A stretch of 64,000 nt of DNA from Methanotrichaceae archaeon (GTDB lineage: Archaea; Halobacteriota; Methanosarcinia; Methanotrichales; Methanotrichaceae). Within the stretch, counting starts at the first letter, position 1. Every line of letters starts with the position of its first letter. Position numbers and translations under genes: made by a program. Below, piece by piece: positions 12,272-21,843 of the stretch. The notes below the pieces were generated by a model that was given only the letters and a program-made list of their open reading frames with translations, did not search any database and had not been told where the DNA came from. Location of the stretch: contig CAWEXU010000030.1 in NCBI GenBank assembly GCA_963813075.1, positions 32,001 through 96,000 of the forward strand, in the 5' to 3' direction.

Positions 12272-13204
12272 ATGAAAGAAATCCTGGCACTATTGCTGAT
12301 TCTTCTCATTCCCTTCTATGGATTAGCATCTTCAGAAAGCTGGTATGGATATGTAAATACTACAGAAGATAGCTGGAGCATCTACCGGCATAGCAATAAT
12401 ATGAGCTTCCAGATTGAGCAATACGTTGAAGGAAAAATTCAACCTTTCGAAGGGCCAGGGGGCAGAATTATGAGCCCATATATCTCATGTTTTGAGGATG
12501 TAGAGCTCAATGAGGTAAGGCTTAAAGCCAGGACTGCGGCAGGGGAGGGCAGCTATAGCGCAGAGGATTTAATAGAGGTCAAAGCAGAGATTTTGTCGCC
12601 TGTGGGCCTGAACGTAGAGCAGTCTGCCGAATCTGGGATATATACAATAGACTTCATTGAGAAGTGGCCGGCAGAGGTTACCGCCAACCGGAATCTCGTC
12701 TATTCCGGCAAAGGCATTAATAATATGGATTTTATAGAAAATAATGGAGATTATGCCCGCACGAATCTGCTCTATAACAAAAAACTATCAAAAGATCTCT
12801 CCTCAGGAATGACCCTGGACAGGATGAATGCCACGGTCATCGCCACCGATGAAAATATAATTCTTGCCGAAGAGAAGGCCACCAGGGATCTTAGCTTCGA
12901 TATATCGGCAAGCATAACGGGCATCGCCGACCTGAGCTATCAGCAGTGTGGGCCGGAACGGAAATCTGCCCCTCAAGTAGGCAGAGAGATTGTCAATAAA
13001 GGAGAGGAGAGATATCTGGGATCATTTAACATAAACAAGAGCATCCTCATGCGGTCCAATTTCGATAATTTCAGGTCGGATGAAGGCGGGCTGAGCTGTT
13101 GCTTCCAGGGCTGGAGGGATACAAATCCGTTTGATAAGAAAGCATACAGCGCGGATGGAGTCTTTGATTGCACCTGTGACAGCAATGGAGGGATGAAAAT
13201 ATGA
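12272..13204 (+). CDS. Secreted hypothetical protein, paralog of 18401-19220
   Basis: Signal peptide, 310-aa ORF, Cys-rich C-terminus; overlaps start of the S8 gene (ATGA). Confidence 0.75.
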   Translation: MKEILALLLILLIPFYGLASSESWYGYVNTTEDSWSIYRHSNNMSFQIEQYVEGKIQPFEGPGGRIMSPYISCFEDVELNEVRLKARTAAGEGSYSAEDLIEVKAEILSPVGLNVEQSAESGIYTIDFIEKWPAEVTANRNLVYSGKGINNMDFIENNGDYARTNLLYNKKLSKDLSSGMTLDRMNATVIATDENIILAEEKATRDLSFDISASITGIADLSYQQCGPERKSAPQVGREIVNKGEERYLGSFNINKSILMRSNFDNFRSDEGGLSCCFQGWRDTNPFDKKAYSADGVFDCTCDSNGGMKI

Positions 13205-15021
13205 ATCTGAAAGCATTGATTGCTATGGTTTTTGCATCTTTTTTTATTGCCCAGGTAGCCGGGGAGATAGAGATAGGTCTAATACAGAATTATGCTGGTG
13301 TGCACAGTTCCTATGCATATAACGCATCCAAGACTGTATTATGCTCGCCTACTTCGGAGTGCGACTACACAGGTTATTATTATTGTCCCACTCTCGAGGT
13401 AAATCTGAGCTGCAATGAAATAATTTATGCCCCCGATCAGGGCTGCGAACCAAATTCTGATTGTTATGATAGCAGTGGCATATTTCATGAGGATTGGTGC
13501 TACAGATGTCCGGGAATGGGTTACTATTGTATTCGATGCGATAGAAGCATCCCTCCTGAGCTAAAACCACCTGTGCCAAATCCGCCGGAACCAAATCCGC
13601 CAGAGCCAAATCCACCGGAACCAAATCCACCCGAGCCAAAGCCCCAACCTGAAGCCAAGCCAACCCCACCTAAACCCGGGCCATGGATATGTCCCGATCT
13701 GCCCAAGCCAAAAGTCGTCGTACCGGGATTGGGAAACTGCACATTCGAGTCCCCCGAGCCCAGCAGCCTGATCAATACCTCTGAATGGGGAGAGGTACCA
13801 GCCGATCAGGTCCTGGTGGTGGCAAGGGAGGACTGCGACTATTGCATGGTCTGCGAGATAGCCGACGGCCTTAAGGGCGAGGTTGTGGGGTATATCGATT
13901 TCATCAACCTCTACCAGATTAAGACCAAATCCAAAAATGAGGCCGAGCTGAGGGACAACATCTCCCGGGCACTGGAAATTCCCTGCATAGAGCTGGCTTT
14001 TCCCCATCAGAAGGTGTTCCCGGAGAGTTCCCCCCTGGACGATCCCGTCTACTCAGAGGGCAGAGACAGAAGCTATCGGATAGTGGGCGTCCCGGAAGCA
14101 TGGGAGGCGATTAGAAGCTCGGGGCTTGATCTCTCTGAGACAAAGGTGGGGGTGGTTGATGACGGCCTGTACAAAGGCTATGGAGAGTTCGATGGAGTGG
14201 TTCATATCAATACCAGGAGCAACGGCTCACTGCTAGATAAGCCCTTGCCCAAATATCCAATTGCCGGCAGCCATGGCACGGGAATAATGAACCTCATCGC
14301 TGCCGATCCGGATAACGGCGGACTGGTGGGGATGGCATCAGAGCCTCTGAAAGAGAATCTGACCGTCTCGATGATCAATATGATCTCACCCATGTATTCC
14401 AAAACAGGCGATGCCTGGTACATGGGCTACCATGCAGCCCTCTTACATGCAGGCTTGGGCTCAGACATAATCAGCTTCTCCTACGGTAAAAGCCGGGCGG
14501 ACCCCGGAGCGGTCAACGCGTCTGCAGATTTCTTCCGGGAATTGCAGCAGGCATACCCGAATCATCTCTTCATCTGCTCAGCCGGAAACGATGGCATGGC
14601 CATGGATGGCAGCAGGCGTTTCCCCTACACCTATCATATGCCCAATATAATTACCGTGGGATGCATAAACAATAATGGCACCATCCGGAAGAACAGCAAC
14701 CGGAACAGCGACAACTTCGAGGTAACTATTGCCGCTCCTGGGGATCAGGCGGTCTGGGGCAGGGACAACCAGGGGAATATTGTAAACGAGGGCGGGGAGA
14801 CGAGCATGTCGGTGCCATTTGTGACCGCCACTGCCGCTCTAATACGTTCTCTTAATCCAGACCTGAACGCCTCAGAGATAAAAGCACTGCTGGTAAAGAC
14901 CGCCAGAGAGAAGATCGAGTTGGACGGCAGAGAGGTTGCAGCACCGGAGGAGGTCGGTGGCAGGGTGCTGGCAGCAGATCTGGCCGTTCAAGAGGTGATA
15001 GAAGAGCTGAAAGAAGACTAG
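13201..15021 (+). CDS. Secreted S8 (subtilisin-like) serine peptidase with Cys-rich N-domain and Pro-rich linker
   Basis: Triad motifs VVDDG, SHGTG and ETSMSVPFV; oxyanion SAGND; signal peptide. Confidence 0.88.
   Translation: MNLKALIAMVFASFFIAQVAGEIEIGLIQNYAGVHSSYAYNASKTVLCSPTSECDYTGYYYCPTLEVNLSCNEIIYAPDQGCEPNSDCYDSSGIFHEDWCYRCPGMGYYCIRCDRSIPPELKPPVPNPPEPNPPEPNPPEPNPPEPKPQPEAKPTPPKPGPWICPDLPKPKVVVPGLGNCTFESPEPSSLINTSEWGEVPADQVLVVAREDCDYCMVCEIADGLKGEVVGYIDFINLYQIKTKSKNEAELRDNISRALEIPCIELAFPHQKVFPESSPLDDPVYSEGRDRSYRIVGVPEAWEAIRSSGLDLSETKVGVVDDGLYKGYGEFDGVVHINTRSNGSLLDKPLPKYPIAGSHGTGIMNLIAADPDNGGLVGMASEPLKENLTVSMINMISPMYSKTGDAWYMGYHAALLHAGLGSDIISFSYGKSRADPGAVNASADFFRELQQAYPNHLFICSAGNDGMAMDGSRRFPYTYHMPNIITVGCINNNGTIRKNSNRNSDNFEVTIAAPGDQAVWGRDNQGNIVNEGGETSMSVPFVTATAALIRSLNPDLNASEIKALLVKTAREKIELDGREVAAPEEVGGRVLAADLAVQEVIEELKED
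13576..13635 (+). repeat. 15-bp coding tandem repeat (PNPPE)x4
   Basis: CCAAATCCRCCNGAR four times. Confidence 0.9.
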
Positions 15022-15071
15022 GAGAGAAGATGGGGCAGGCAGTGGCCTATCATGGCCTGCCCCAACTTCGG

Positions 15072-17108
15072 TTAACTCTTGCTCTTTTCGTCATCTCTTT
15101 TTCTCAGCTGCCGGTACAAGAGAATCAGAGAGAAGATGCTGATCAAGAAGGCGATTATGCCTTTTGTCGAGGAATAAACAGAGCGAACGGCATCTGTGAC
15201 TATCTCTTCAGAACTCTGTTCCAAGACTTTCACCACCACCGGCCAGTGAGTGAGATTCACACATTTGCAGTTATAAGGTGGTTTATCCAACTGAAGGTCC
15301 ACGGTCAAAATCAAAGTATGATTGCCTTCTTTTAAGGGGGTAACATACCACAGCCATAACGCAGGATCCTCTCCCAGTATCTGGGCATCGGGCCTCTTGG
15401 CCTGGATATCAAAACCGCTGTCGCATTCCAGCTTTACGACATACGTCAAGTTGGTCTTGGCATCGATATATCTGAACTTCACATCACCCTTTCCCAAGAG
15501 GCCTTCCACCAGTTTGGCGGTGTTCTCCCGGCCGATACGAGCATCAATCCACTCCCCCTGACCGGTTACCATGAACTCGGGTGGATTGAAAACCAGTGTG
15601 CCTGCCGCCTCCTGAGCAAAGTCCTGATATACATCGCCATAAATGGGCATTGGAATCCATGTGCCGGATGGCCGTTTTGCCTTGGATGACGAATCTAGCT
15701 CTCCCGGGTTATCCCCAGTCAATCCAACTTCGTCAATGCGCTCCTTTTCAGATATATTTATACCGATATTATCTGCAAATTCATTTCCCTCAATCCCCAC
15801 AACATCACGAGAATTATTCCTAAATGTATTATTTTGAATACGATTGTATTTTGATGAGACGAATTCCAGTGAAGTGTTAGTATTCCTAACCTCACTCTTT
15901 TCAAGTATATTACCGGCGGAATAGTAATATCTTACGCCAAGATCGCTCTTGCTTATATTGCTCTTTGATATAGTATTATTATTAGAGTCAGCTAATTCTA
16001 TCCCGCAATAGGTATTATTGCTTATATTGCTCTCGAATATGGTATTATTACTGGAGTCAGCCAATTCTATGCCACGCCAGTTATTATAAGATATAATCCA
16101 TCCAAGAGAGCTGTTGTTTGAAGAACTGATTCGGACCCCTGCACCTGGAAAATAGTCGTCATTTGATGAGTTGATGGTTATGATGCCCTCCAGGATGACC
16201 TGATCGGCAGAGATCTCAATGGCATTTCCCCTCCGGCTGGCATCTATAATTGGAAGCCCTCCCCCGGCATCCACTCCTTTGAGGGTCATGGGCTTGTCGA
16301 TCTGGAGGCTCTCGATGTAAGTTCCGCTGTTAACCTCTACAATGCCTCCCGGAGCAAGATCATCAATGGCTTTCTGAATGCTATCCCCGGCATTCACCAC
16401 GATCTTCGATTTTTTTTCCTGGGGGATATCGGGGCTTATCAGCTCGAATACATGCGCATCATATATGTGGACCTCCGGACTTCCAGATGATCTCGATATG
16501 GTTATGCGATTTTTCAGTTTAAGGTTGACATCTGTCCTGCCGGCCTCAAGAAATTCAGCATCGGTTATGTTGACGGGAGGATCACCCAGGTAAACTCTGG
16601 GGCTCTCGGAAAAGCGGGCACATACCTCTGCAATTGCCGCATGAGCCATCCTTGAATTGTTTTCTCTATGCATTGATGATGAATTGCCCTCAACTGGCCT
16701 GAGTGGCAGGGAATTCGAGGTCCCTTCTGGCATAGAGCGAGCACCTTCTGCAATTGTGCTCTGCATAATTGATTCGGAGGTCACACTCCTGGCTGCGAAG
16801 GAGGAGTTTTTTGGATTTTGGGTATTTTCAGCCTCACTCAAGAGGAAGTCAGGATAATTTATTTTGACGGCAGGATTGTCAGAATTAATCATGGGAGCCT
16901 GGGTAAACCTGGAGGTGATGCCAGCCATCAGCTCTTCGGACCTGGCCAGGCGGTGAGATTCAACTAGAGAGGATGGATTTGAGCCATCGATCGAATCCAA
17001 AGTGGATGCCTCATCCTCAAATCCATAATCAAGGCTAACGTTATCGGCTTGTGTATGAGCCGATGCCAAAAGGATAACAAAAATAATTATCCCAATGATT
17101 AGCCTCAT
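15072..17108 (-). CDS. Secreted, membrane-anchored NosD/CASH-like right-handed beta-helix protein
   Basis: Signal peptide; SIQKAID..GGIVEV.SGTY.E; repeated GIELADSxNNTI.xSNIS; C-terminal TM helix with basic tail. Confidence 0.8.
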   Translation of the reverse strand: MRLIIGIIIFVILLASAHTQADNVSLDYGFEDEASTLDSIDGSNPSSLVESHRLARSEELMAGITSRFTQAPMINSDNPAVKINYPDFLLSEAENTQNPKNSSFAARSVTSESIMQSTIAEGARSMPEGTSNSLPLRPVEGNSSSMHRENNSRMAHAAIAEVCARFSESPRVYLGDPPVNITDAEFLEAGRTDVNLKLKNRITISRSSGSPEVHIYDAHVFELISPDIPQEKKSKIVVNAGDSIQKAIDDLAPGGIVEVNSGTYIESLQIDKPMTLKGVDAGGGLPIIDASRRGNAIEISADQVILEGIITINSSNDDYFPGAGVRISSSNNSSLGWIISYNNWRGIELADSSNNTIFESNISNNTYCGIELADSNNNTISKSNISKSDLGVRYYYSAGNILEKSEVRNTNTSLEFVSSKYNRIQNNTFRNNSRDVVGIEGNEFADNIGINISEKERIDEVGLTGDNPGELDSSSKAKRPSGTWIPMPIYGDVYQDFAQEAAGTLVFNPPEFMVTGQGEWIDARIGRENTAKLVEGLLGKGDVKFRYIDAKTNLTYVVKLECDSGFDIQAKRPDAQILGEDPALWLWYVTPLKEGNHTLILTVDLQLDKPPYNCKCVNLTHWPVVVKVLEQSSEEIVTDAVRSVYSSTKGIIAFLISIFSLILLYRQLRKRDDEKSKS

Positions 17109-17411
17109 GAAATCAATCCTTCACTATTAATTTTATCCATTAAACTATATAGGAGTTGCGCAGTCGATTCAGATAAGGCCAATATAATTTATAAATTTAG
17201 AATATATTTCTGACTAATAACTGTCGTGAAAACATATTATCGTTAACTTTTTTCGTTTGTAATATGATGTGCCAGAGGACTATGACCGGGAAACAACCAG
17301 TGGCCATTAAATCAGATTGAATTCAAGCTCATTTTTGCGGCCTTCGCGAGAGCATCTGGCATCTGGTGCTCACTGCAAAGGCGAAGATGCCACCCGAGAT
17401 CTCTTTTATAT

Positions 17412-17864
17412 TTATACCAGATCTTTCGACTTCCTTTTCTCCAGGAGCAGCATCTTCTCTTTAGTATCCAGGCCCCAGGCAAAGCCGCCCAGGCCGTTCC
17501 TGGCAACAATGCGGTGACAAGGAATGATGATGGGAAAGGGATTGGTGGCCATGACCTGACCCACCGCTCTTGCCCCCTTCGGGCATCCGACAAGAAGAGC
17601 AATCTTTCCATAGGTCACAGTCCTTCCCCGCTCGATCCCCCGGACCGCTGAATATACCCTCTTCTGAAAATCGGTGCACCCGGATAGATCCAGCTTCAGA
17701 GAGGGACAGGGTGCGCCCCCCTCCAGGTGAGCGGCAATTCTCTCTGCCAGAATGGAGGGCTCGTCCGGTTTATCACGGGAGAAATAGATCCGTTTGACCT
17801 TTTGCCCCGCGCACTCCACAATGAGGTAAAGGTCAAGAGCAGCGACAAAAGTACCGTTTGTCAT
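17412..17864 (-). CDS. ogt: Methylated-DNA--protein-cysteine methyltransferase
   Basis: TDFQKRVY, ARAVG and NPFPIIIPCHRIV active site. Confidence 0.92.
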   Translation of the reverse strand: MTNGTFVAALDLYLIVECAGQKVKRIYFSRDKPDEPSILAERIAAHLEGGAPCPSLKLDLSGCTDFQKRVYSAVRGIERGRTVTYGKIALLVGCPKGARAVGQVMATNPFPIIIPCHRIVARNGLGGFAWGLDTKEKMLLLEKRKSKDLV

Positions 17865-18391
17865 CCCTTGATGATCTCCCGGTAGGTCTTGAACCGGCCC
17901 AGCTCAATTCTCTCCACCTCCAGGCTGGATGTGTCCAGGACGGCCACGGTGGAGCAGCCGGTCAGGTGGCCCCAGATCTCGCCCGGGTTGACCAGCAGAG
18001 TCCTGCCATGACGGGATACCTCGAACTGGTGATTGTGCCCCCGGACCAGGACATCATAGATCTGGGATGCCAGCACCGCCCTCACCAGAGGCTCTTGTGT
18101 GCCGTGCATCAAGGCTATTCGCAGTCCATCGGCCTCGACCTCTCCGAAGTCCCCCAGGTACTCCCCGCCCACCCGGGCAAACTCACTGAATAGGCCCACC
18201 CGGTCTCCGTCGTTGTTGCCATACACCAGCTTCAGGGGTATGTTCAGGCCCTCGAAGGTATAGCAGTTGCCTGATCCGATCATATCTCCAGCGAATAGGA
18301 TCATGGACACCCCCCGGGAGGAGAAGGCCCGCAGTGCATCCTTGACACCCTGAAATTGGTCATGGGCATCGGACATAATACCAATCAGCAT
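17861..18391 (-). CDS. YfcE/MJ0936-family metallophosphoesterase
   Basis: SDAH, AGD, GNND, HG, GHNH and NPG motifs. Confidence 0.9.
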   Translation of the reverse strand: MLIGIMSDAHDQFQGVKDALRAFSSRGVSMILFAGDMIGSGNCYTFEGLNIPLKLVYGNNDGDRVGLFSEFARVGGEYLGDFGEVEADGLRIALMHGTQEPLVRAVLASQIYDVLVRGHNHQFEVSRHGRTLLVNPGEIWGHLTGCSTVAVLDTSSLEVERIELGRFKTYREIIKG

Positions 18392-18400
18392 AAGATCTCT

Positions 18401-19220
18401 TTATGCCATACGGGTAGCATTCTTATTGGTTGCGCTCATGTTTATGGCGGCAACCAGGGAATAATCCCCAAAGAAGGTCTCTTCGCCCCGGCTCAGAATG
18501 GTGGTCATATCGGATGCCGTTCTGGCATATGATAATTCGGTCTGGCCGGAACAGAAGGCCTGGATGCTGTAGTTCAGCTGCTTGGTGGGAAGGAACTGGA
18601 CCTGCAGCACATCGTCCTCATCTGCGAGCAGAGATATGTTTGTCCTCTCCAGATCCATACTGTATCTCCTGATGCTGGAAAGCTCCGGAGAGCGGCTAAA
18701 TTTCGTGGCCGCCCAATCCAGGTTATTCCTGGAGAGGTCAAGATCGTTGATCATCGTTCCATGGTATACGAGGGCCCTTTCGGATTGAAAGTGCACCGGC
18801 CAGACCTCAGTGAAGTTGAACTCGAAGTAAGGAGAGCCGGAACGCTTTATGATCTCCCGAACTATCGGCTCATCCGCGGAGGCGGAGATGTTGGTGTACT
18901 CTTCCGATTTTATCTCACCCTCAAGAGCGCTCCGCCTCTGCTTCACTCCCACGCTGTTCAGGTCAATATTCACATATCGAGAGTGGATTCCATCCACCAT
19001 CGTGCCCCTGGGCGTGGCCTGGATCCCGGTAATATTTCCGCTGCAGTAGTCCTCGTAAGTGAAGTTCATGGTCAGGCTGTCCCGGTTGATCTCCCAGCTG
19101 CCCACGCTGGCATACCAGGATACGGCATGGACGGGAGGAGCTCAGGAGTAAGAATAATAAAAATACAGTAATAAAAAAGTGAATAATACCAGAAATAAAA
19201 TATTATAGATATTCAATATG
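18401..19220 (-). CDS. Secreted hypothetical protein (paralog of 12272-13204); N-terminal signal region interrupted near 19142; start approximate
   Basis: ORF 18401-19105 extends upstream as PVHAVSWYASVG; hydrophobic leader in the in-frame ORF ending at TGA 19142-19144; shares SW...EVWP..LVY.G..IN motifs with the 12272 protein. Confidence 0.6.
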
Positions 19221-19383
19221 TTCAAAATGGCAGATTTCGCCCTAGCATAGTGAATATTAAAAAGATTTTCTGCCATTTCCTCAAATGCGGACGGCATGAA
19301 AGCAGTGCTGCGCTTCCATGCATCATCAATTAGAGGACTATACGGATGGAAACCGGCGCTCAAGCTGATCTCATCTCAACATC

Positions 19384-20112
19384 TTATTCCTTTTTGTCGT
19401 CTTCATCCTTGTCGTCGTCATCCTTGCTCTTGCTCACCACGCTTGAGATCTTCGATTTCTTCTCCATAACTGTGGCCGTCGTCTTTACATCCAGTGCCTT
19501 TGAGGAGTAAATCAAGCCTCTGGATTTCTGGGCAGAGATCTCCCTTTCCGCTTCTGCGAAGACGGCAAACCTGGTCTTCGCGGGAATTGTTGCCTTCTGA
19601 TCGGCAACGACCTTCTCATCGGTGGCATCGCCATAGCTCCGGTAGTTATTTAGGGAGCCGGACTCGATCTTCAGCCCTACCCTTGCCAACTGCCCCATGG
19701 AGTTCCAGGCCTCGGTATAGCACGCGATGAACTTGCCCTGGTCCACATCCAGCGACTGGGATACCCGGATTCTGTCCTTCTCTTGCTTTTCGATGTCATA
19801 GCTATGAATAAATTCTTTGCTATCCTGCATCGTGGCATTCAGATGGACATGCTCACCCTTGTCCAGGGAATCAAAGGTCTGATCAAAATCATAGGCTCCA
19901 CTGCCTTTGAAGGTCATGCTGGTTGCATGGCTTTCAGGGGATGCCTCTGTGCTGCTATACATTGAGCTGTCCAAAGGAGCAGTCAATTTGACGTTTTCGG
20001 AGGCACCATTTATGCCATTTGATGTGCCCATTGAGAAATTCAGGCCGTATGCTCCAGTAAGGAGGAGTAGAAATGCCGATATCAGAGCCATGCTTATTTT
20101 TAATCCATCCAT
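19384..20112 (-). CDS. Secreted hypothetical protein
   Basis: GAGG then ATG 20112; signal peptide; acidic C-terminal tail. Confidence 0.7.
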   Translation of the reverse strand: MDGLKISMALISAFLLLLTGAYGLNFSMGTSNGINGASENVKLTAPLDSSMYSSTEASPESHATSMTFKGSGAYDFDQTFDSLDKGEHVHLNATMQDSKEFIHSYDIEKQEKDRIRVSQSLDVDQGKFIACYTEAWNSMGQLARVGLKIESGSLNNYRSYGDATDEKVVADQKATIPAKTRFAVFAEAEREISAQKSRGLIYSSKALDVKTTATVMEKKSKISSVVSKSKDDDDKDEDDKKE

Positions 20113-20411
20113 TAAAATACCTCTCCGTTTTGCTTGAAGCCTCAAGTTGATAAATTTTTCCAACCTTAATATAGGAATTTCGATCAGTAACACCAGACAT
20201 AACCTCTTAACAAGCAATTTGCTTAATTCAATAGATTAAAATCATCATTTACTCTGCTAATTTACAGATTTTACGTCTTTCTGAGGGACAATATACCACA
20301 AATCTTCGCTCATTGTGATAATTTTTTGACTGTAGTTCTATGATTATTACCGGCATCCACAGTCATTTGTCCGAAAGAGCTAAGTACAAGGAGTAACCTG
20401 GTAGCGAGAGG

Positions 20412-20519
20412 CCCGCCTTAACTCAGCCTGGTAGAGTGCGCGGCTGTAGTATGTCTCGCACCGTAGAGGTGCTACGCGCAGTCACCGCGATGTCCCCGGT
20501 TCGAATCTGGGAGGCGGGA
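20412..20519 (+). tRNA. tRNA-Tyr(GTA) with 34-nt intron at 37/38 (20450-20483)
   Basis: Acceptor CCCGCCT/AGGCGGG, GTTCGAATC T-loop, anticodon stem CGCGG/CCGCG; BHB central helix CTGT/GCAG with 3-nt bulges. Confidence 0.93.
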
Positions 20520-20527
20520 TCTGTTGT

Positions 20528-20600
20528 GTCCGGATGGTGTAGTGGCCCATCATGAAGGCCTGTCGAGCCTTCGACCCGGGTTCGAATCCCGGTCCGGGCG
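20528..20600 (+). tRNA. tRNA-Asp(GTC)
   Basis: Acceptor GTCCGGA/TCCGGGC, anticodon arm AAGGC-CTGTCGA-GCCTT, GGTTCGAATCCC. Confidence 0.95.
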
Positions 20601-20616
20601 TTTTATTATCTTTTAG

Positions 20617-20756
20617 GGTTCCTCTGTTGTATCGAGTGGTAATAGATCATCAAGTTCTCTCGTGATTTCCCAGAGGTACACAGAGTGCGTACGGAGACGG
20701 ACTAAACGGCAGACCATAGTAACCTGATTTTAGCCCACAAGAAACAGCGAAGAGCC
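20617..20756 (-). mobile_element. MITE-like element, short copy (140 bp)
   Basis: 44 bp at 20713-20756 are the exact reverse complement of 35014-35057; the other end (GGTTCCTC...) also matches; no flanking direct repeat. Confidence 0.7.
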
Positions 20757-20821
20757 TAAAAAAAGTGTGCGTTCAGATGATTTTTCTCCGAGCTATTTCC
20801 CGCTAGTTCACTTATCCACCA

Positions 20822-21750
20822 CTACTTTCCTTTGCCCTCGGGCTTAACGATGACGGTATAAGTCACGTCCTGTAGAAAGACGAAATCGGGTTCATCATCT
20901 TCACCGGGTATTTCCAATCTCGATGCATAGTGAATTATATGCCTGCCAGGAGTCAGCGGTGGCAGCAACAGATAATAGCCATCTGCCGCCGACATGCCCC
21001 TCGCACCCTCGCCAGCACCAAGAATGTTATCTGCAGGAAGTGGCCCGATATCAAAGACTTCGGAAGTCGCACCGTATTCCTCCAAATTCTCTATGTCTAT
21101 ACCGTCAACTGTAGCTGACATTTCTGTGACATATTGGGGAAAGGATTGAGCGTAGCTTTCCAACTCCTCCTCAGCTATCCCCTCAATGGTGGAGCCTTCC
21201 ACATTGAACAGTGGCATGAAGAGCTTTGTCCCAGGAGGAATGGTAATTTCGCGATTGGGCACATTTACGATGTACTCTCCTCCGGCCCCATCTCATTGAC
21301 AACGCCCGACCCAATGAACCACACCTTCCCCGACTGCCCCTCGCTTCCATCCGCGGTATCATAGAGCGGATGCTCTGTAACCGGCATGGACATAGACCAT
21401 TTCCACCATTCAGCGCTCAACTCATCATACGTCTTTGAGTTGGGCGACCTGATGCCTGAGCCCGGGTTGGGATTGCCTCCTCCTTCGTTTGCATCTAACG
21501 CATCCGCTGTCGGCAGGTCATCTTCAGGCGTTGCTATAGTTTCCATATCTTCTCCCAGTCCCGGTGCGTCCTCAGAGTCAAAAGACGCGGATTCTTCCCC
21601 CGGCACTGATTGCGGTTCAGATACCGCTTCTGATTCATCGGAAGTATTATTTTCTTGGCCTGGTGCGTTCTCCTCATCCCCAAAAGATACTGCTGCATGA
21701 GCCGCTAAGGCCACAACCAAGAACAGTATGATATGCCATTTTGGTTGCAT
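20822..21750 (-). CDS. Secreted hypothetical protein, with one indel near 21278
   Basis: ORFs 21265-21777 (signal peptide, acidic linker, LSAEWWKW..S.P) and 20822-21262 (ADGYYLLLPPLTPGRH) read as one protein. Confidence 0.7.
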
Positions 21751-21843
21751 ATTTTCCACCTTGATATCAAGTGGCATTCTTAACTATAAATAATGAACTA
21801 TATTCTTCTGGCTTGTCCCGGAGGAAGGCCTGGGGAGCGACTG

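Noticed and set aside
17358..17391. Hairpin GGCATCT...AGATGCC downstream of ogt
   Set aside because: Single short stem with no further support for an ncRNA
19142..19144. Selenocysteine or readthrough at the in-frame TGA
   Set aside because: It falls in a signal-peptide region with no redox motif or visible SECIS, and the assembly has many indels
20412..20760. Prophage or integrative element at the tRNA-Tyr/Asp locus
   Set aside because: No integrase and no duplicated tRNA 3' end seen in the window
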